The notes under the pieces are model-generated. The model saw nothing but the letters and a program-made list of their open reading frames with translations, was not told the DNA's origin and ran no database searches. Below are positions 60,609 to 64,000 of a stretch of 64,000 bases of DNA, piece after piece. A program made the translations under genes and the position numbers. The DNA comes from Gammaproteobacteria bacterium (GTDB taxonomy: Bacteria > Pseudomonadota > Gammaproteobacteria > CBDBNL01 > JAAOII01). The stretch's first letter is position 1, and each line of letters starts with the position of its first letter. The stretch lies in the NCBI GenBank assembly GCA_965209035.1, contig OZ242372.1, forward strand, positions 1,760,001 to 1,824,000. The letters run 5' to 3'.

Positions 60609-61454
60609 GTGAATACCAAAGAACATTTAATAATAATTATTTCACCGCAGACTTTGAAAGAGTGGCAGGGTGACTCGTCCCGGAAAATTCTTCTTTTGGA
60701 TCTGTCCGAAAATGCAAACTATCAGCGGGGGACAATTGCCAATGCCGTGAACATGCCTTATGCGGGGCTGGTGAATGGCGAGTTTCCGAATCCGGGTATG
60801 TTGCCGCAGGCGGCCGATTTTGCAACCGCCCTTGCCGCAGTGGGTTATGACGGCTCACAACACCTGGTTGCTTTTGATGACGAGTTTGGAATGAAGGCGG
60901 CGCGCCTCTATTGGACCTTGCGTATGGCGGGAGACGGCCGGGAAAATTTTAGTTATCTCAACGGCGGTGTTGCAGCCTGGCAAAACAGCGACGGGGAGGT
61001 TTCCTCCGGCGGTTCCGCCAGACCGACCGAAGTTCGGAGTATAGAGTGGGATACGGAACGGGGACCTCGGGCGACCCGGGAGCAGATTTTGGCATCCTTG
61101 CCTCAACAGGAATATTTCCTTTGGGATACGCGCAGTGCCGGCGAATATAGCGGCGAGGAAAAGCGCGCCGAAAGAGCGGGACATATTCCGGGTGCCCGTC
61201 ATTTGGAGTGGAGCAGTTTGCTTAACCAAGACGGTACCATCAAGCCCGCGGCAGAGGCGCGCGGTATTTTGGAGAAGTTTTTTGAGGAACGCAAGGATGC
61301 GCAACCGATAGTCGTCTATTGCCAGGCACATCGTCGTTCTTCGTTGGCTTTCATGGTTGCGGATTTTGTCGGAATTGAAGTTCTCGGTTATGACGGTTCT
61401 TGGCAGGAATGGGGGAACCTGCCGGATACTCCGATTGAGACGACTGTCGGTTGA
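60609..61454 (+). CDS. Tandem-domain rhodanese / thiosulfate sulfurtransferase
   Basis: AARLYWTL, LNGG, DTRSAGEY, GHIPGA, active-site YCQAHRRS, YDGSWQEW. Confidence 0.92.
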   Translation: MNTKEHLIIIISPQTLKEWQGDSSRKILLLDLSENANYQRGTIANAVNMPYAGLVNGEFPNPGMLPQAADFATALAAVGYDGSQHLVAFDDEFGMKAARLYWTLRMAGDGRENFSYLNGGVAAWQNSDGEVSSGGSARPTEVRSIEWDTERGPRATREQILASLPQQEYFLWDTRSAGEYSGEEKRAERAGHIPGARHLEWSSLLNQDGTIKPAAEARGILEKFFEERKDAQPIVVYCQAHRRSSLAFMVADFVGIEVLGYDGSWQEWGNLPDTPIETTVG

Positions 61455-61648
61455 AGCGAGCATCCTCATCATCCCGATTCCCATTCCCACCCCTATCTCG
61501 AAGCCGTTGCGGATTAATCGGCGCAAACCGGAAACAAGAAGCGAGCATCATAAAAAAGATAATAGACATCGGCACACACGGCTATTTCCTTTGAAAAGGG
61601 AACCGATTTCCAATTTTTTATTTTCACCGTTTTCGGCGGTTTTTTACG

Positions 61649-63622
61649 GTGCTAAAAATATTTAAGCGCAAATCCCGCAAGGATTTTGAAGGCCTGGTGA
61701 GCGGCAACAAGTTTGGTCATGGTTTTTTCGCTCCGGACGGAATGCACGAAGAATGGTTTATTCCTTCGAGCGAAATGAGCAGAGTGCTGGACGGTGATCG
61801 CGTTGTTGCCGTTCCGACCGGCGAACAGAGAAGAGGCAAGAAGAAGGAAGTGCGGATTGTAAAAATCCTTTCCCGTTCGCGCGAGACAATTGTTGGTAAG
61901 TATAAATTCCGGGACGGGAAATCCGCGGTGGTTCCGGAAAGCGAAAAAATTTCCCGATTAATGTTTCCGGAAAAACCCGTTCCCGGTGTTCATCCGGGTG
62001 ATCTGGTGTCGGCGCGTTTGGTTTCAAAGCGGAACTTGGAATTGTCGGATCCCCTGAGATGCCGCATTGAAAAGGTATTGGGTTCCGCGCAAAAAGCCCA
62101 AACCGAAACGGATATTGCCTTGGCGGAATTTTCTCTGCAATGCGACTTTTCCAAAAGTGCTTTGAAGGCGGCGGAAAAACTGCCGGATGCCGTGGATCCA
62201 AAATTTCATAAAGACAGAAAAGATCTGACTTCAGTGCCGTTTGTTACCATAGATGGCGAGGATGCCCGCGATTACGATGATGCCGTTTATTGCCGTAAAG
62301 ATAAAGACGGCTGGTCTCTCTTTGTGGCCATTGCGGATGTTTCTCATTATGTTCGTCCAAATGATCCGCTGGATCGTGTGGCACAAGAACGCACCTCATC
62401 GGTTTACTTCCCGGACCGGGTTGTGCCGATGCTGCCGGAAAAACTGAGTAACGGATTGTGTTCGCTGGTGCCGGCAAAACCCCGCTTGGCATTGGTGTGT
62501 GAGATGCAAATTGACAAAAACGGGCAGTGCCGGGAGATGGAAATCTGCCCGGCTGTCATTATTTCCCGGGCAAGACTAACATACGATAGGGTTGCCGAAT
62601 ATTTGGGATACGGGAATACGTCCGCCAAGAAAGGAACAACACTTTCCGAACAACCCGCCATTTGTGTTTCTATGCGATCTTTGCAGGGTTTGACAAAACG
62701 GTTGCTAAAAACGCGCAAAGCCCGATCCGCATTGGAGTTTCATCATTTGGAACAGGTGCGGATTACTCTTGCGGACAACGGTGAGGTGCAGGATCTGGGT
62801 GTTGAGAAAAGAAACTTTGCAAGTTTGATGATAGAAGAAGCAATGCTGATTGCCAATGTGGCCGTTGCCGAATTTTTATCCCGCCAAAAAATGCTTCCGT
62901 TTTGTTACAGAGTTCTCGAAGAACCGGAAGAAGAAAATGTGGACGAACTTCGCTTGTTTTTGCGCTACTACAAAATCAAGATTCCGTTCGGAAAGGTGAC
63001 ACCGGAAATTTACGGCAAGATTTTGGAACAGGTGCATTCTTACCCCGAGGCTGCGGTGTTGGAAAGGAAAATCTTGCTTTCCTTTCGAAAAGCCTGCTAT
63101 GCGCGCAAAAATGTGGGGCACTTCGGGTTGAATTATGAGAAGTATACACACTTTACCTCGCCAATTCGTCGTTACCCGGATCTTTTGGTGCATAGGGCGA
63201 TTAAGTCTGTTCTGTTCGGCAATCAAGCAAAACAGGCGCCTGCGGAATATCCGTATATGGTGACGGATATAGATCGTTTGGCGGCAAGATGTTCCGAAAT
63301 GGAGCGGACCGTGAAGAAGGCGGTTTGGCAAGTGCATGATGCTTGTAAATGCCGTTACCTGGCAAACGAGAAAAAACAAAAATATCGGGGGACTGTGGTG
63401 CATTTGATGGAACACGGTTTTTTCGTTCAGTTGAATAACATACCGGTAGAAGGGTTTGTGCATATCAAGGCCCTGAAGGACGATTTTTATAAATACGAGG
63501 CGGCGGACAGGACACTGATAGGCCGTCGTGCCGGTAAGGTGTATCGTCCGGGGCAGAATATTTCGGTGCGAGTGGCGTTCATCAATTTTGAAAAACGAAA
63601 AATAGATTTCGTCTTGGCGTGA
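61649..63622 (+). CDS. rnr: Ribonuclease R
   Basis: TIDGEDARDYDDA, IADVSHYV, HFTSPIRRYPDL, C-terminal S1 domain. Confidence 0.95.
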   Translation: MLKIFKRKSRKDFEGLVSGNKFGHGFFAPDGMHEEWFIPSSEMSRVLDGDRVVAVPTGEQRRGKKKEVRIVKILSRSRETIVGKYKFRDGKSAVVPESEKISRLMFPEKPVPGVHPGDLVSARLVSKRNLELSDPLRCRIEKVLGSAQKAQTETDIALAEFSLQCDFSKSALKAAEKLPDAVDPKFHKDRKDLTSVPFVTIDGEDARDYDDAVYCRKDKDGWSLFVAIADVSHYVRPNDPLDRVAQERTSSVYFPDRVVPMLPEKLSNGLCSLVPAKPRLALVCEMQIDKNGQCREMEICPAVIISRARLTYDRVAEYLGYGNTSAKKGTTLSEQPAICVSMRSLQGLTKRLLKTRKARSALEFHHLEQVRITLADNGEVQDLGVEKRNFASLMIEEAMLIANVAVAEFLSRQKMLPFCYRVLEEPEEENVDELRLFLRYYKIKIPFGKVTPEIYGKILEQVHSYPEAAVLERKILLSFRKACYARKNVGHFGLNYEKYTHFTSPIRRYPDLLVHRAIKSVLFGNQAKQAPAEYPYMVTDIDRLAARCSEMERTVKKAVWQVHDACKCRYLANEKKQKYRGTVVHLMEHGFFVQLNNIPVEGFVHIKALKDDFYKYEAADRTLIGRRAGKVYRPGQNISVRVAFINFEKRKIDFVLA

Positions 63623-63631
63623 TGTTTCAAA

Positions 63632-64000
63632 ATGTCCGATTCCATTAATCTTGTTTATGGTATTCACCCGGTTCTCCAGGCGGCGCGTAGCGGGCGGGCA
63701 AAACGGGTTATGTTGTCGGAGTTTGGTTCGCATGACCGCTATCAAAAGGTACTCTCAGATAGCAAGGCGGAGATTGTTGTCCTAAACAAAAGAGAATTTC
63801 GCGATAAGTTTGAACATCTCCCGCATCAGGGGATTGCGGCCGAATGTGCCCCGCTCAAAATATACGGGCATGAGATCTTGCGGGAAGAAGAATTCGCAAA
63901 GACTGTGCCGAATAGTCTGCCTGCGGATATAAAGCCCGATTCTTTGCGGCATGCTTCGGTCGCCAATCTGGTCGATGCTTCGGCGGATGCTGTTTCGACT
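63632..64000 (+). CDS. rlmB: 23S rRNA Gm2251 methyltransferase (N-terminal part, runs off the window edge)
   Basis: MSDSINLVYGIHPV...PHQGIAA; directly after rnr, a conserved pairing. Confidence 0.75.
   Translation, partial: MSDSINLVYGIHPVLQAARSGRAKRVMLSEFGSHDRYQKVLSDSKAEIVVLNKREFRDKFEHLPHQGIAAECAPLKIYGHEILREEEFAKTVPNSLPADIKPDSLRHASVANLVDASADAVST

Overview
A 64-kb chromosomal segment from a proteobacterium, probably gamma-class (inferred from protein style and the leuD-leuB-asd-fimV and secG-tRNA-Leu linkages). The backbone is housekeeping: manC (partial), ftsK, waaA, leuD-leuB-asd-fimV, a dcw cluster from mraZ to ftsZ (no ddl, murB or lpxC), leuA, rsmI, aroC, a solitary atpD, rsxE-nth, secG with tRNA-Leu(GAG), glyQS, a rhodanese, rnr and rlmB (partial). 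Several normally conserved operons appear here only as fragments. Accessory content: (i) a 2059-aa cadherin/GLUG-type surface lipoprotein with many N-X-S/T sequons (about 40 by hand count); (ii) three AT-rich restriction-modification loci, two of them directly behind internally deleted IS1595-family remnants (one module is bracketed by a 17-bp direct repeat) and one reduced to a methyltransferase plus a 40-codon AlwI-family endonuclease stub; (iii) a 3TM-holin + SH3-amidase lysis cassette with no prophage in view; (iv) unexplained non-coding structure, namely a 40-bp-period array of palindromic sites next to a DnaA box and a tandem pair of structured elements. Short tandem micro-duplications occur throughout, including inside essential genes. 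All family assignments come from motif recognition by eye; no searches were run.
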